From a virus: a DNA stretch of 64,000 nucleotides. The DNA is taken from IMG/VR virus record IMGVR_UViG_3300045988_073134; one strand, given 5' to 3'. Shown here piece by piece: positions 9,258 to 17,660 of the stretch; positions within the stretch are counted from its first letter, which is position 1; each line of letters starts with the position of its first letter. The position numbers and the translations under genes were made by a program. The notes under the pieces are model-generated. The model was not told the DNA's origin and searched no databases. It saw nothing but the letters and a program-made list of their open reading frames with translations.

Positions 9258-11847
9258 AATCTCTCTCACCTCTAAATCTTTCCTTTTGGTCATTGTAGTA
9301 GTCGTTTGTCTCTTGTACTGACTTAGCCACCTTTTGTCCTACCACTACTTTGTCCATAAGTATTGGAGTATTAGTATCTTGTAATGCCTTTTTATATTCT
9401 TTTCCCATTTCTTTATAGTCGAATTCTTGCTTACTATCTTGCATTGCTTGTGCCATACCTTTTATCGCATACAATAAATTATTATCCACTGTGTTTTCAC
9501 TATTTATATTAATACCTGCTGTACTCATATTAACTTTACCTAGGAATTTATTTGTGTCTATAGTTTCTACTAAATTACTAGCATAATCTTTAATTGCTTT
9601 TATAGTTTGACCTGCATTCGCCTCAATACCAACAGTAACACCAGCCGGTATCATTTTCCCTACCATGTCTCTAAATACTGTTGATGGAGAATGAATACCC
9701 AAAGCGTCTTTTGCTGCATTTAAAGCTCTACTTGCTATATTTTGCATTGTACTAAATAGTTGACCAGCCGCATTAGTAATACCAGTAATAATACCATGTA
9801 TGATATTACTTCCTATAGTCACCATTCTTCCAGGTAAACTACTAATACCATTTATGATATTATCTTTGAATCTCTGTGCAGCTTCTCTACCCTTTTGAGC
9901 AAAACTTGCCGCAAAAGATATTACTCTTGAAATTGTTGATACTAGGAAAGACCATACACGACCTGGTAATTGTTGTATGAATGTACTTACACCATTTAAA
10001 AATCTACTACCAGCTTGTTGAGCTCTACTTGCCATTTGAACTACCCAACTTCCAACACGACTAATAGTAGTTGTTAGCCAAGTCCAAATACGTCCTGGTA
10101 GTTGTTGAATAAATGTAATTACATTTTGTACAAATTTACTACCTGCTTCATAGGCCTTTTGAGCCATCTGTCCAACCCATAGTACCGCATAAGCTACTGC
10201 ATAACATAGCCAATACCAAATAGTTTCAGGTAAGTTACTGAACCAATTTCCTATATTACTTATCATTTCAGGCACAGTTTGAGTAAAGAAGTTTTTTAGT
10301 GAATCTATCGCATTACTGGCTATAGTTTTTATATTCTCCCAAAGATTAATCCAAAACTCTTTGAATCCATCAATATTATTCCATGCCCATATAAAAGCAG
10401 CTACAAGTGCAGCTATAGCTGCCACAACTAATACAATTGGATTAGCTAATAATACTCCCCATAGACTTTGTAAGGCGGGTATTACAGTATCAACTATTAC
10501 TGGTACAATTGTATCCATTATAACTGATTTAAATATTAAAAAGGCTGTTCGTGCTGCGCCGAATGCAGCTTTTAATATTCCTATTGCTTGCTTCATTTTT
10601 AAAAATGCCTGAATACCTTTACCAATAACAAGTAGTATAGGCCCTACGGCTGCAAGTAATAGTGCCAGTGATACTATTACTTGTTTAATAGGCCCCGGTA
10701 AGTTTAAGAAGGATTGAAGTAATTTTGTTAGCATACCTACAACTAATGATAATGGACCTGTAGTATTCCCAATATCAAGTTGTACTGCCTCCCAAGCACT
10801 ACTCAATTGTTTTAATGCTCCAGTTAAATCTGAGTTCATCATATCAGACATTTTTTTCGCAGTGCCTTTACTTTTTTCTAATTCTTTAGTAAAGTTATCA
10901 ATACTGTCTGCTCCTGTATTACATAAGATACCCATACCTTTTATAGAGTCAGCAGTAAATGTTGTCATAAGAGCAGCCGTCTTCTGAGCATCTCCCATGC
11001 CTTCTGTTGCCTTATCTACATCTCGTATAATATCAGTCATACTTCTAAAGTTACCATTAGCATCTTGAACTTTTACTGACGTATTTCCTATTTGTATTGC
11101 ACCATTTTTCATCTTCTGAGTCATATCTCTTATGATTGCATTTAAGGCAGTACCACCTTCACTACCTTTAAGACCTGCATCTGCAAATTTACTTAAGATT
11201 GCAGTAGTTTCTTCTAGTGTCATACCTGCGTTGTGAGCATTAACTGCACAGTTCTTAAATGCTTCTCCAAGCATCTCAGTAGTTGTATTTGAGTTAGCTT
11301 GTGCATAAGATAGTACGTCTGCCATACGACCTGCTTGGTCAGCCTCTAACCCGAATGCAGTTAAGTAATCAGTTACCAAATCGGATGCTTGTGCTAAGTC
11401 CATTCCAGAGGCTGCCGCCAAATTAAGTACTCCAGGTAAACCTGCTGCCGATTGTTGAGCATCCCAACCCGCCAGTGCCATATATCCTAACGCATCGGCT
11501 GCCTCACTCGCACTATATACAGTAGATGCCCCCATCTGTTTTGCAGTATCTTCCAATAATTTTAAGTCACTACCAGTAGCTCCTGATAATGCTTTTACTT
11601 TTGACATTGAATGCTCGAATGTCATCTGAGTTTTAACAACACTGGCTCCCAAAGCCATTACTGGAGCAGTTACTCCTGCTGTAAGAGCAGTACCTACACT
11701 TGACAAACTTTCCCCAGTAGCCTTTAAGCCACTAAAGCTACTTTGTGTCTGATTTACTTGCTCAACTGCTCTATTTAAGTTACTATTAAAATCACTCATT
11801 TCCAATTTTAGGTGAGCAACAATGCTCCCTAAATCTACACCAGCCAT
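9250..11847 (-). CDS. Tape measure protein
   Basis: A roughly 865 aa ORF between the chaperone pair and Dit. It has an Ala/Gly-rich helical N-terminal half, a central hydrophobic block (LALLLAAVGPILLVIG, VLLANPIVLVVAAIAALVAAFIWAW) and the internal duplication FIQQLPGR(I/V)W x2. The preferred start is ATG 11847 (GAAGGTGGTG upstream); 11865 is possible. Confidence 0.85.
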   Translation of the reverse strand: MAGVDLGSIVAHLKLEMSDFNSNLNRAVEQVNQTQSSFSGLKATGESLSSVGTALTAGVTAPVMALGASVVKTQMTFEHSMSKVKALSGATGSDLKLLEDTAKQMGASTVYSASEAADALGYMALAGWDAQQSAAGLPGVLNLAAASGMDLAQASDLVTDYLTAFGLEADQAGRMADVLSYAQANSNTTTEMLGEAFKNCAVNAHNAGMTLEETTAILSKFADAGLKGSEGGTALNAIIRDMTQKMKNGAIQIGNTSVKVQDANGNFRSMTDIIRDVDKATEGMGDAQKTAALMTTFTADSIKGMGILCNTGADSIDNFTKELEKSKGTAKKMSDMMNSDLTGALKQLSSAWEAVQLDIGNTTGPLSLVVGMLTKLLQSFLNLPGPIKQVIVSLALLLAAVGPILLVIGKGIQAFLKMKQAIGILKAAFGAARTAFLIFKSVIMDTIVPVIVDTVIPALQSLWGVLLANPIVLVVAAIAALVAAFIWAWNNIDGFKEFWINLWENIKTIASNAIDSLKNFFTQTVPEMISNIGNWFSNLPETIWYWLCYAVAYAVLWVGQMAQKAYEAGSKFVQNVITFIQQLPGRIWTWLTTTISRVGSWVVQMASRAQQAGSRFLNGVSTFIQQLPGRVWSFLVSTISRVISFAASFAQKGREAAQRFKDNIINGISSLPGRMVTIGSNIIHGIITGITNAAGQLFSTMQNIASRALNAAKDALGIHSPSTVFRDMVGKMIPAGVTVGIEANAGQTIKAIKDYASNLVETIDTNKFLGKVNMSTAGININSENTVDNNLLYAIKGMAQAMQDSKQEFDYKEMGKEYKKALQDTNTPILMDKVVVGQKVAKSVQETNDYYNDQKERFRGERDYV

Positions 11848-11908
11848 ATTATTCACCACCTTCATATAATTAAAAAACAGTAGAACCTTCGTCCTACTGT
11901 TAATTTTA

Positions 11909-12175
11909 TTAGCTCATCAGTAAATCTAAACCAGGATTTTTATTCTTAGTTTTACTTTCAATTTCATCTTCTCTAAATATTGGTTTTTTAGTTTTGCCTT
12001 CTTTGTCAGGCTGCATCATATTGTATAGATATGTAGCCGCCTCATCTATACAGTAACGACCATACACATCATCTTCATCTATACCTAATAAGTCACTAGG
12101 TCTACATCCAAAGGTCTTAGCAGTAGAAATAACATTTAGTATTCTTCTACTTTCGAATAGAGGGTATGGCAGCAT
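11909..12175 (-). CDS. Tail assembly chaperone, downstream (gpT-like) frame
   Basis: An 88 aa ORF that overlaps the 3-prime end of 12147-12545 by 29 nt, immediately upstream of the TMP. It is in the +1 frame relative to the upstream ORF. Confidence 0.55.
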   Translation of the reverse strand: MLPYPLFESRRILNVISTAKTFGCRPSDLLGIDEDDVYGRYCIDEAATYLYNMMQPDKEGKTKKPIFREDEIESKTKNKNPGLDLLMS

Positions 12176-12545
12176 TTACATTTCCTTGTGCCTCTCCCAT
12201 TATCTGCATTTTTTGAGTATCTGTTATTACATCTTTAATTTCTTCAAACGTAGGTTCCACCAAACTTTGTTCACATACTAAATCTATTATTTCCATTATA
12301 TCTTTTATTTTATTCTCATCTTGTTCAAATAATTCCATTGGTTTATCTTTTCCAGTTCGTTCAAATAAATCATTTACTGTTCCTAAAAGATTATTTGGAA
12401 GTTTTCCACTCATCAAAAGATTTAATAGACTAGCTGGTTTTATTCTTACTGCTATTTTCTCACCAGGTTCAAATCCATCTATTTCTATTATTCTAGTTGC
12501 TTTTTTTCTAAATTCTCTTGCACTTATTACTTTTAACTCACTCAT
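12147..12545 (-). CDS. Tail assembly chaperone (gpG-like)
   Basis: A 132 aa acidic protein in the conserved position between the major tail protein and the TMP. Confidence 0.65.
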   Translation of the reverse strand: MSELKVISAREFRKKATRIIEIDGFEPGEKIAVRIKPASLLNLLMSGKLPNNLLGTVNDLFERTGKDKPMELFEQDENKIKDIMEIIDLVCEQSLVEPTFEEIKDVITDTQKMQIMGEAQGNVNAAIPSIRK

Positions 12546-12570
12546 TGTATTCTCCTCCTATATACTTATA

Positions 12571-13143
12571 TTATTTTGTAGCAGGGTCAGCAGGTAACTC
12601 ATCAACAAAAGTTATTTCTTTTATTGGTAGTTTTGCTTTTGTGTTTTCTCTAGCTTTTATTTCAAACTCAGGAGCAAAGAATCCATCTCCTACAGTCATT
12701 GTAGGGAATTTTCCTGTACATTTATTCAATGTTACTTTAGCGTAGTTAACAATTGAGTCTCCGCTATAGTTAGCAACATATAAGTCTAGTTTAAATGGTT
12801 TTGCTACGTTTCCTTCACTCATCATTGGAGTTGATAACTTTTTAGTACCGCTTTTATCTCCTTCTTCCACTTTATATCCAGCTACAAGTCCTGCCATTGT
12901 GTCATCAAATTGATTATCTGTAAGTTTTATATCGTATCCATAAATTAAATCGTCTGTTCTAACAACTGCTAAGATACTAACATCATTTCTTAATATATCT
13001 TCTTCACCTTCACTAAGCACCGGTTCCAATTCTGCCTTTTGAGCAGTTTTTATATGAGCTACAACTCCTTCAGTTTTAGCTGCCCCTGTAGTTGGGTCAA
13101 GTTCAGTTATTACTGCCTTTTTAATATTGTACAATATAGCCAT
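12571..13143 (-). CDS. Major tail (tube) protein
   Basis: A 190 aa protein in the conserved position upstream of the chaperones and TMP. It has a strong RBS (AGGAGGAAAATAAA ATG). The call rests on size and position. Confidence 0.7.
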   Translation of the reverse strand: MAILYNIKKAVITELDPTTGAAKTEGVVAHIKTAQKAELEPVLSEGEEDILRNDVSILAVVRTDDLIYGYDIKLTDNQFDDTMAGLVAGYKVEEGDKSGTKKLSTPMMSEGNVAKPFKLDLYVANYSGDSIVNYAKVTLNKCTGKFPTMTVGDGFFAPEFEIKARENTKAKLPIKEITFVDELPADPATK

Positions 13144-13155
13144 TTTATTTTCCTC

Positions 13156-13506
13156 CTATTCATTATAATTAAAAATTACTGGTGTTCTGCAAGTTAGAGA
13201 ACACACATAACATCTTAAATCTTGGTCATACATATCATCGCTCATGTCGTGCGTGATTTCAATGCCAGCTACATATAACGCTTTTCTAACTTTGTTTCTC
13301 AACGTATCTAGTTGTAGAGGGCTATGTGGAGTATAGATATATATAATCCAGTTATCCCATCCACAAAGGGTATTATCAAAACTTTGGTTAGCGCTTGTTC
13401 TCATTATTATTGCAGTATCTTCTGTGATACGTGCAGGACGGTCATGTACTGGCACTGTTCTCAACACGTCTTTTACTACATTATATATATTAAGTCTCGC
13501 ACTCAT
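13156..13506 (-). CDS. Tail completion / tail terminator-like protein
   Basis: 116 aa. Fourth member of the head-tail joining gene string immediately before the major tail gene. Positional call. Confidence 0.5.
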   Translation of the reverse strand: MSARLNIYNVVKDVLRTVPVHDRPARITEDTAIIMRTSANQSFDNTLCGWDNWIIYIYTPHSPLQLDTLRNKVRKALYVAGIEITHDMSDDMYDQDLRCYVCSLTCRTPVIFNYNE

Positions 13507-13520
13507 TTTTTAACCCTCCT

Positions 13521-13871
13521 TTAAAACAAGTTGCGTATCATGCCTTTAAAATTATTTATCTCACTGTCTCTTGCTTTTTCTAATATCTGATATTTACCAT
13601 CAAAGTCAGCTCGTGTCTCTAAGTAGTAACCATAGTAAACACCATGTTTAATACTAATATCTAAATCGTTCTCAGTTACTTTATATTCACCTTTCAATTT
13701 ATTTTGCGCTGTCTTAGTTCTATTTGTCCAAGGGTGATTAGCTTTTGCATAAGTTTGCATATTTTTACTAATAGTACTACCTACTACCTTTAACTCAGCC
13801 TGCATTGTTTTGTCAAAGTTTTTTATTTTGTCATTGAATTCTTTAGTATCGAATGTTATTGTATTAGCCAT
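13521..13871 (-). CDS. Head-tail joining protein (HK97 gp10-like)
   Basis: 116 aa. Motif ANHPWTNRTKTAQNKL and its position in the connector string. Confidence 0.5.
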   Translation of the reverse strand: MANTITFDTKEFNDKIKNFDKTMQAELKVVGSTISKNMQTYAKANHPWTNRTKTAQNKLKGEYKVTENDLDISIKHGVYYGYYLETRADFDGKYQILEKARDSEINNFKGMIRNLF

Positions 13872-14265
13872 CTAAATCAACCCTTTCCAATGAAACTTGG
13901 TATAATAGATTATAATGCACTACATCTATTATCTCCAGTACTTTGTAATAAGCATTTTCATAAACTATAAAATCATCTTCCTGTAATGGAAAATCTTTTA
14001 CATATGTAGCATAAAGTGTAGCATATGAATAACCTTTTATAATACCTTGGTCATTATTAGTTATACTTTTACTTCTGCCACTGGAACTGTTATCTATTAC
14101 ACATTGTAAATCTTGTACATGAACCATTTCTTCTTTTAATACTTTACATCCCATTGCATCCACTTCATATATATCCCTATATATTGGTACTTGATAACCA
14201 TAACTATTTATGACACTCTGTACCTTCTTAATTACTCCAGCCTGTATTGTTTGTCTATTGCTCAT
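13864..14265 (-). CDS. Head closure / head-tail adaptor protein
   Basis: 133 aa, overlaps its neighbours (translational coupling). Positional call. Confidence 0.5.
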   Translation of the reverse strand: MSNRQTIQAGVIKKVQSVINSYGYQVPIYRDIYEVDAMGCKVLKEEMVHVQDLQCVIDNSSSGRSKSITNNDQGIIKGYSYATLYATYVKDFPLQEDDFIVYENAYYKVLEIIDVVHYNLLYQVSLERVDLDG

Positions 14266-14554
14266 CTACTCTACGTGGCACCTTTCCAGTTATGGAGGTC
14301 GCTTTTCCGCCGTTTATGTCTTTGTTGTATTGGTCTAAAAACATCTTGGCCATATTGTTCCACATATCAGCGCTGTTCTTTATTGTTATGGCACCAATTG
14401 TGATTTCATCTGCACTCGCTTTAGCTAAACAACATATATAGGCCAATTGATATATATTATCATACATAACCGCCATTGCCATTAGTTGTTCATCTGTAAA
14501 TGTAGGATATTGGTCTTCCATTATCAAGACTTTTAGTTGGTCAATATTTACCAC
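14255..14554 (-). CDS. Head-tail connector (gp6-like / DNA-packaging) protein
   Basis: First gene after the capsid terminator. The preferred start is GTG 14554 (AGGAGG 8 nt upstream). The track start at 14563 abuts the RBS. Confidence 0.5.
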   Translation of the reverse strand: MVNIDQLKVLIMEDQYPTFTDEQLMAMAVMYDNIYQLAYICCLAKASADEITIGAITIKNSADMWNNMAKMFLDQYNKDINGGKATSITGKVPRRVDEQ

Positions 14555-14570
14555 GCAACCCACCTCCTAT

Positions 14571-14615
14571 AAAAAAATTGAGTAGGCTAAGCTGTATTGT
14601 TAGCCTTGCCTACTC
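14571..14615 (-). terminator. Intrinsic terminator after the major capsid gene
   Basis: The minus strand reads GAGTAGG(CAAGG)CTAA-loop-TTAGCCTACTC followed by T7. Confidence 0.7.
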
Positions 14616-14648
14616 TGTATATATAAGGGAATACAATGAGCTATTTAA

Positions 14649-15749
14649 TTATGCATCTATTGCAGCTTTACCACTTACATCTATTACTGCACAATTGTCT
14701 ATTGCTTCGAATGAAGGAATCATAACACATGATACAACAGTTACAACTTGCACTGGATGTTTTTCTTTGAATGTAGTAACAGTAGTACCATAAGCAGCTT
14801 GTGCCACTTGAGCATCTGTTCCTGACATTAAGTCAGATGCTTCAGGAGTAGTACCATATACAGTATTACCTAAGTTTCCACTTGGCATTAATACAACTTT
14901 ATTATCAGGTATTAATGTTACTTGTTCTGTGGCATGAGCTAAGCCAGTTGAGTGGTCTAGTTTACCAAATTTCTTACTGTATACGTAGATTGATATTCCA
15001 GTTACTTGTTCAATGAATGATTTCTTTTGTTGTTCACTAACAAAGTAGTGCATTGTAGAATCGTCTGGATACATCATCTTTTGAACTGTATCACAGTTTA
15101 TCATATTTAAAAATGTGTTTCTATTCATTACTGCTCTAGAAGGTCTTATACCAGTTTTTAATTCCATATCATCACAGATATCAATTAAGTCTCTAACTGG
15201 GTCAGCAGTAGTTTTAGATGCTGGTAACCATGCATCTCTAACAGCTTTGTATAAGTTTGTCATACCATAATCATATACATAACGTGCTCTACCATCTGCA
15301 CTAGCAACATCTATTTTACCGTCAACCATTAGTTGACAACGCATAATTTCTGCTTGAACTCTAGCACCTTCTATTAATCTAGCAGCTTCATCAAATATTT
15401 TTCTTATAAGTGGTAGTGCCACTGTGTTATCAGGGTGAGCTAATAATAGATTTAATTGTTGTCTATCTTTTTCACCAATTCTCATAGCTTCTCTAAAGAA
15501 TGCCATTTCAGTAGCAACTGCTTCAAATCCTTCTTTTTCTCTCATACGTGCTTTAACATCGTATTCAGATGGTTGTAGTGCCACTGGAAGTCCATTAGCT
15601 CCTTTTAACCAGCTTATATCAGTTCCCATACTTGTACGTGAAGGGAATAGTGTTTCAGCAAAGTATGGTTCTTTATTTATAGGGTTTTCTTTCACATATG
15701 CAGCAATTTCTTTTGCGTTTATATAATCAAATAAGTTTACATTTGCCAT
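14649..15749 (-). CDS. Major capsid protein (lambda gpE-like family)
   Basis: 366 aa. The N-terminus ...YFAETLFPSRTSMGTDISWLKGANGLPVALQPSEYDVKA is typical of the capsid protein E family. It is preceded by scaffold and decoration genes and followed by a strong terminator. Confidence 0.8.
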   Translation of the reverse strand: MANVNLFDYINAKEIAAYVKENPINKEPYFAETLFPSRTSMGTDISWLKGANGLPVALQPSEYDVKARMREKEGFEAVATEMAFFREAMRIGEKDRQQLNLLLAHPDNTVALPLIRKIFDEAARLIEGARVQAEIMRCQLMVDGKIDVASADGRARYVYDYGMTNLYKAVRDAWLPASKTTADPVRDLIDICDDMELKTGIRPSRAVMNRNTFLNMINCDTVQKMMYPDDSTMHYFVSEQQKKSFIEQVTGISIYVYSKKFGKLDHSTGLAHATEQVTLIPDNKVVLMPSGNLGNTVYGTTPEASDLMSGTDAQVAQAAYGTTVTTFKEKHPVQVVTVVSCVMIPSFEAIDNCAVIDVSGKAAIDA

Positions 15750-15763
15750 TTACAATACACCTC

Positions 15764-16186
15764 CTAGTTATTTACCACGTGAATTAAATCACTAAAGTCT
15801 AAGTTTTCTTTGTCACCTATTAATCTATCTTTTCTTACAAATCCATGCACTAATACGGCTGCATTAACATATGGGTCTGTAACTGCATCATAGTCTTCTA
15901 TGTCTATAGTGTTGAATAATACTGCATTAGCTTTAGTACCGTCAGTAACAGTTTTAGAATAAGTTGGTTTTGATACATTACCATCTGCATCCATATAAAC
16001 TAAAGTACCTCTTGCAATAACTTTACCACTCTTTTCTCCATAAGTATCAGCATCTGTAGTTGCTAACTTAGCAAGTTCTGCAAAAGCTATTTTACCAGGT
16101 AAGTTAACATAGTGGTCAGGAAATGCTAAAAATTGTCTCTCTGGTGGTAGAATTTTCTTAGTTCTTAATTTTGGCATATAAGCCAC
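15764..16186 (-). CDS. Head decoration protein-like
   Basis: A 140 aa ORF directly upstream of the gpE-like capsid gene, matching the lambda D/E arrangement. The call rests on position and size only. Confidence 0.45.
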   Translation of the reverse strand: MAYMPKLRTKKILPPERQFLAFPDHYVNLPGKIAFAELAKLATTDADTYGEKSGKVIARGTLVYMDADGNVSKPTYSKTVTDGTKANAVLFNTIDIEDYDAVTDPYVNAAVLVHGFVRKDRLIGDKENLDFSDLIHVVNN

Positions 16187-16195
16187 CTCCTAAAT

Positions 16196-16849
16196 TTATT
16201 TATCATTATTAAAGAAATAATTACTATCGATTTGTTGAGCTTGTTCGTTACATTGTTTACCTAATAGTGACCCAAAGTCACCTTCATGTGTAGTTTTACT
16301 ACCAAAAGCATTTAAGTTACTTGGCTTTCCAGGAGAACCAAGATTTAAAAAACCCTTATTGGGTTGTGGTTGTGGCTCTGCATTATCAAATAGATAGGCC
16401 TTGTCCTTTTGTAATGCAGTTAACTGGTCTGTTAATCCTTCAACAGTACCATCATCTTTTAATACGACTTTTTCCATATCTAAGAATTTCATCAAGTCGT
16501 TTACATCTTTAGGTTTAGCCTCAGCTAACTCTTTATTTATGGCAGTTGTTAATTTCTCTTTTTTAGCAGTCGCTTCCATGCCGGCAATTTTTTCTTCTAA
16601 AGCTTTAACTTGTTTCTCAGCTTCAGTAGGATTTTTTACTTGCTTTTGTAAGGACTCAATCTCATCATTAGCCTCTGCTAACTCCGCTATCTTGGCATCT
16701 AAGCGATTTTTAGGTACATATTTATTATCCTTACCATCATCTATCAGTACTTTGCATCCCTGCTCTTCTAGGGCTTTTGTTATAGCTAATTCTACCTCAG
16801 CTGCATTATCAAGTCCTGCTAAAAATTCTCTTAATTTTCTTTTCGCCAT
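16196..16849 (-). CDS. Scaffolding protein (GP20-like)
   Basis: A highly charged coiled-coil protein (LDAKIAELAEANDEIESLQKQV...). The preferred start is ATG 16849 (CTGGAGGTAAGT upstream). Confidence 0.65.
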   Translation of the reverse strand: MAKRKLREFLAGLDNAAEVELAITKALEEQGCKVLIDDGKDNKYVPKNRLDAKIAELAEANDEIESLQKQVKNPTEAEKQVKALEEKIAGMEATAKKEKLTTAINKELAEAKPKDVNDLMKFLDMEKVVLKDDGTVEGLTDQLTALQKDKAYLFDNAEPQPQPNKGFLNLGSPGKPSNLNAFGSKTTHEGDFGSLLGKQCNEQAQQIDSNYFFNNDK

Positions 16850-17013
16850 ACTTACCTCCAGTTTAACGTCCATCGACGATTATATGCAGTGTTTTGAGAA
16901 AACAAAGAAAACATTATTAATACTTAATACGAGGATTTAAAGGGTATCCAAGAACCTCTTGTCGTATTTATATATTACATTCATTGGAAAAATATTAACT
17001 AAAATTGAGCAAT

Positions 17014-17042
17014 AAAAAACACCCAACAATTAAGTTAGGTGT
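17014..17042 (-). terminator. Intrinsic terminator closing the 17051-17608 cassette
   Basis: CACCTAAC-TTAATT-GTTGGGTG (one G.U pair on the minus-strand RNA) followed by T6. Confidence 0.7.
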
Positions 17043-17050
17043 TTAATAAT

Positions 17051-17419
17051 CTATTTAGTTTCCTCCACTGGTGGGTATTTCTTATCATATTCCTCTGGTG
17101 TTAGTGTTAGGTCGGGGTTGTCTAGTAATACCTGGTGCATCATCATTCCCATACCGTCTATAACTTTTTCAAAGTCATCATAGCTAAGTCCCATTGCTTG
17201 TAAGTCTATGCCACGCTCAAACATCATTGCGTGTGCTAACTCGTGGTAAAATGTTTGCATCAAACCTTGGTCATCTTGTAGTGTTGGGTCTAGTTGTATA
17301 GTATGGATATCTTTATCACATACTCCCAAACACTGTCTATCATTAAATGATATTGGTCTATCAGTTAACTCCACTTTATAAAATACACTTCCAACTCTTA
17401 CTTCTTCAGGTATTACCAT
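17051..17419 (-). CDS. Small HExxH zinc-metallopeptidase-like protein
   Basis: 122 aa with FYHELAHAMMFERG. It lies in a promoter-plus-terminator bounded cassette between the MuF and scaffold genes. Confidence 0.5.
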   Translation of the reverse strand: MVIPEEVRVGSVFYKVELTDRPISFNDRQCLGVCDKDIHTIQLDPTLQDDQGLMQTFYHELAHAMMFERGIDLQAMGLSYDDFEKVIDGMGMMMHQVLLDNPDLTLTPEEYDKKYPPVEETK

Positions 17420-17431
17420 ATAAATCCCTCC

Positions 17432-17608
17432 CTATTTTATTATATCTTTATTTTTACCATCTGCATAAAATATTTCACCATAAGTTTTATTGCTAGATAT
17501 ACATCTATCTATGATGTCTATTATCTCTTGTTCAGTAAGTCCTTCTACTTCCATTAATGGAAAGTATTCTTCAAATTTGTCTAAATAGTTTTGTAATTTT
17601 TCTCTCAT
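17432..17608 (-). CDS. Hypothetical small acidic protein
   Basis: ATG 17608 has AAGGAG 9 nt upstream. It lies immediately downstream of motif copy 17624-17660. Confidence 0.5.
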   Translation of the reverse strand: MREKLQNYLDKFEEYFPLMEVEGLTEQEIIDIIDRCISSNKTYGEIFYADGKNKDIIK

Positions 17609-17623
17609 TCTTATCAACTCCTT

Positions 17624-17660
17624 ACATATATAGTATAGTAAATCTCATCTATTTACTAAC
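17624..17660 (-). promoter_or_regulatory. Phage 'GTTAGTAAA / TATACTATATATGT' promoter motif, copy 1
   Basis: The plus strand reads acatatatagtatagtaaatctcatctatttactaac. AAGGAG of ORF 17432-17608 starts 1 nt downstream. Confidence 0.65.

Noticed and set aside
12147-12230. A canonical -1 programmed frameshift site for the tail chaperone pair, including the A6 run (CAAAAAATG) at about 12215-12223.
   Set aside because: The downstream ORF is in the +1 frame, and a TAA in that frame lies right before its ATG. The A-run is therefore outside the permissible window and in the wrong register.
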